A stretch of DNA of 53,191 nucleotides, counting the filler, from Squatina squatina (taxonomy: Eukaryota): assembly GCA_031763465.1 (NCBI GenBank). It is 3 parts of 3 records of this genome, joined end to end, with 100 filler letters (N's around TTAATTAATTAA, not from the genome) between each part and the next. Parts side by side here need not be neighbours in the genome. Positions count along the whole stretch, not along the records: positions 37,110 to 53,191 come from JARFOE010000016.1; 2 more parts are not named here. One strand, given 5' to 3'. Under the pieces are notes generated by a model. The model saw only the letters and a list, made by a program, of their open reading frames with translations. It was not told the origin of the DNA and did not search any database. Every line of letters starts with the position of its first letter. The stretch's first letter is position 1. Positions 51,360 through 53,191 of this stretch are shown piece by piece. Made by a program: the position numbers and the translations under genes.

Positions 51360-53191
51360 NNNNNNNNNNNNNNNNNNNNNNNNNNNNNNNNNNNNNNNNN
51401 NNNNNNNNNNNNNNNNNNNNNNNNNNNNNNNNNNNNNNNNNNNNNNNNNNNNNNNNNNNAGCCCTTGCTGCCCTATTTTTGCATCACCTATCCACTTATT
51501 TTGATTTAAAGATTATAAGACTATATGGCCAATAAAAAAACATTTTACGGTTTCATTTTTTACTGTATCCGCAAATCACAGTACTTCCATTTTTGTTTTT
51601 GAAAACCCTGCTATATTTCACTGCGCCCCCACCACCGCAAAAAGATTAAACCTATTGTTCGCTGGATCTACTCAAAAAAAAGGAAAAAAAAACAATCAAG
51701 ATTTTTTATTTCACGTATAGGGACGGAAAAAATATTTCTACCTTTTGGAACAACATATTTGCAGGTGCAAAGTGGACAATAAGCTTTCTCAACTCTTAAC
51801 TCTGCAAACAGTGGAGCTTAGGTAAAGAACACATCGGACTTCCACATCAGTGCTTAAGCCAACCTTTGCCAAAGTTTTAGTTGCTACATGGAGCTCATGT
51901 TTGCATTACACTGCTGTGGTTAGCATTGGAACTCACCCAATACCCACCAACTGCTGTGAAACCCCTGATTTCCATGCAACCAGTGTTTGCTTTTCTTATA
52001 AGTTGCTTTTATTGTGTGAAATAGAAACTTTCACAAGTTTCAAAGACAACTGAAGGGGTGGTCTTAAATGTAATGTACAGTAACAAATTGAATGTAATTT
52101 CTGCACACAAAAGGGTGAGTGCGGCCAACAGAACTTATTTTTAAAATCCAAAAGATTATGTTCATTTTTGGGGGGGGATTTTGTCAGCATATGTGTTTAA
52201 ATATTGAGCATTATTGGCATAATTAAGGAAAACCGATTACTGAGGCTAACAGCTGAATTATCAGAATTCAGCATCACAGAGATAGTTATTAACCCAATGT
52301 GCATTTAAGAGCAACAAACCTGCAGCTCCACTAGCCCACCTGTTATCGTACCCAAAATCCTTTGCTGAATCTTGCATAGAAATATTGACTTCACATCAGT
52401 CACGTTAAAAGTTACCAAAGAAAAGTCACAGTTGCACCACTCTTCGTTATGGCAAAAAGAGATGTCTTAGCCAAAGGAGGACTTCTAAAAGGTAATGTAG
52501 ACAAATATGGGTTCAATATTCTATCAAATGTCCGTCCATCAATAATGCAGTAGAGAAAATTTACCTCTAGCCCTAGGGTATTCCAAGTGCAAGTAAACTA
52601 CAAATAAATGGCCCTTTCTATTCACTAATGATTAGACAGATTTGCTCAGCCTCAGCTACAAAATCCTGACTGCAGCAACATTACAGGAGTGGTTAGTGGC
52701 TGTAACAGGCACCTGTATTTATGGCTGGAACAAAAAAAGATTTTGCACCTCACTATTTTGTATTACTCCAAAAAGTCTCCATGAAATGTCAGCGATGACG
52801 GTTTACACATTTCTTGTCTGTTGAACACTATCCCAGACAGTGTTGTCGATTAGAACTCTGCCGCTTGTATGCCACAATCCAAATGCAGAATTCATCAGTT
52901 GCTGGACCAAGATTGTTGGAGTCTACATTAAGGTAGGAGAGAGCTCTAGTTTGTCCTCGGGTACCTCAGTAACACTTCTCAACCTCTCTGACCCTAGATG
53001 CAACCAAAATGGGCATGTAATTGGAAGACAAACTTTAATATAAATAAGTCCGGAGGTTGTGAAAGGTGCTAGATCAATACAAAGCTTTCTTTTTTCTTTT
53101 GTAAACGAGTAAAATAAAATGCTTTGCATTAACAACAGATCTTGATGTAGATGGTGCAGTGACTCAAGTGCTGTTGTGAGGCTTGGCATAT

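Overview
This is vertebrate genomic DNA, most likely a cartilaginous fish (shark-type CR1, RTE and Deu-domain SINE repeats; inferred from repeat content). The window is not one locus. It is three gap-rich scaffolds joined by an artificial 100-bp spacer (N44-TTAATTAATTAA-N44) at 18651-18750 and 37010-37109. Scaffold A (1-18650) holds the GPNMB last coding exon (+), the MALSU1 last coding exon (+) and IGF2BP3 exons 6-9 and 15 with 3'UTR (-; human exon numbering). It also holds an out-of-place, intact RABEP1 exon about 460 bp from the IGF2BP3 last exon. Scaffold B (18751-37009) holds the single-exon RMI1 CDS (+, broken by gaps), a Trk receptor LRR-CT exon, a 33-bp NTRK2-like micro-exon, a 22-bp minisatellite and LINE fragments. 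Scaffold C (37110-53191) holds two ERC2 exons (-), MITEs and two unassigned candidate exons. Gene calls come from hand translation, splice-site inspection and remembered human protein sequences, with no database search. I found no well-supported novel biological system. The best leads are the frame-compatible RABEP1 exon inside IGF2BP3 (probably a misassembly), the paralog-mosaic Trk exon, several orphan exon candidates, and a miRNA-site cluster in the IGF2BP3 3'UTR.
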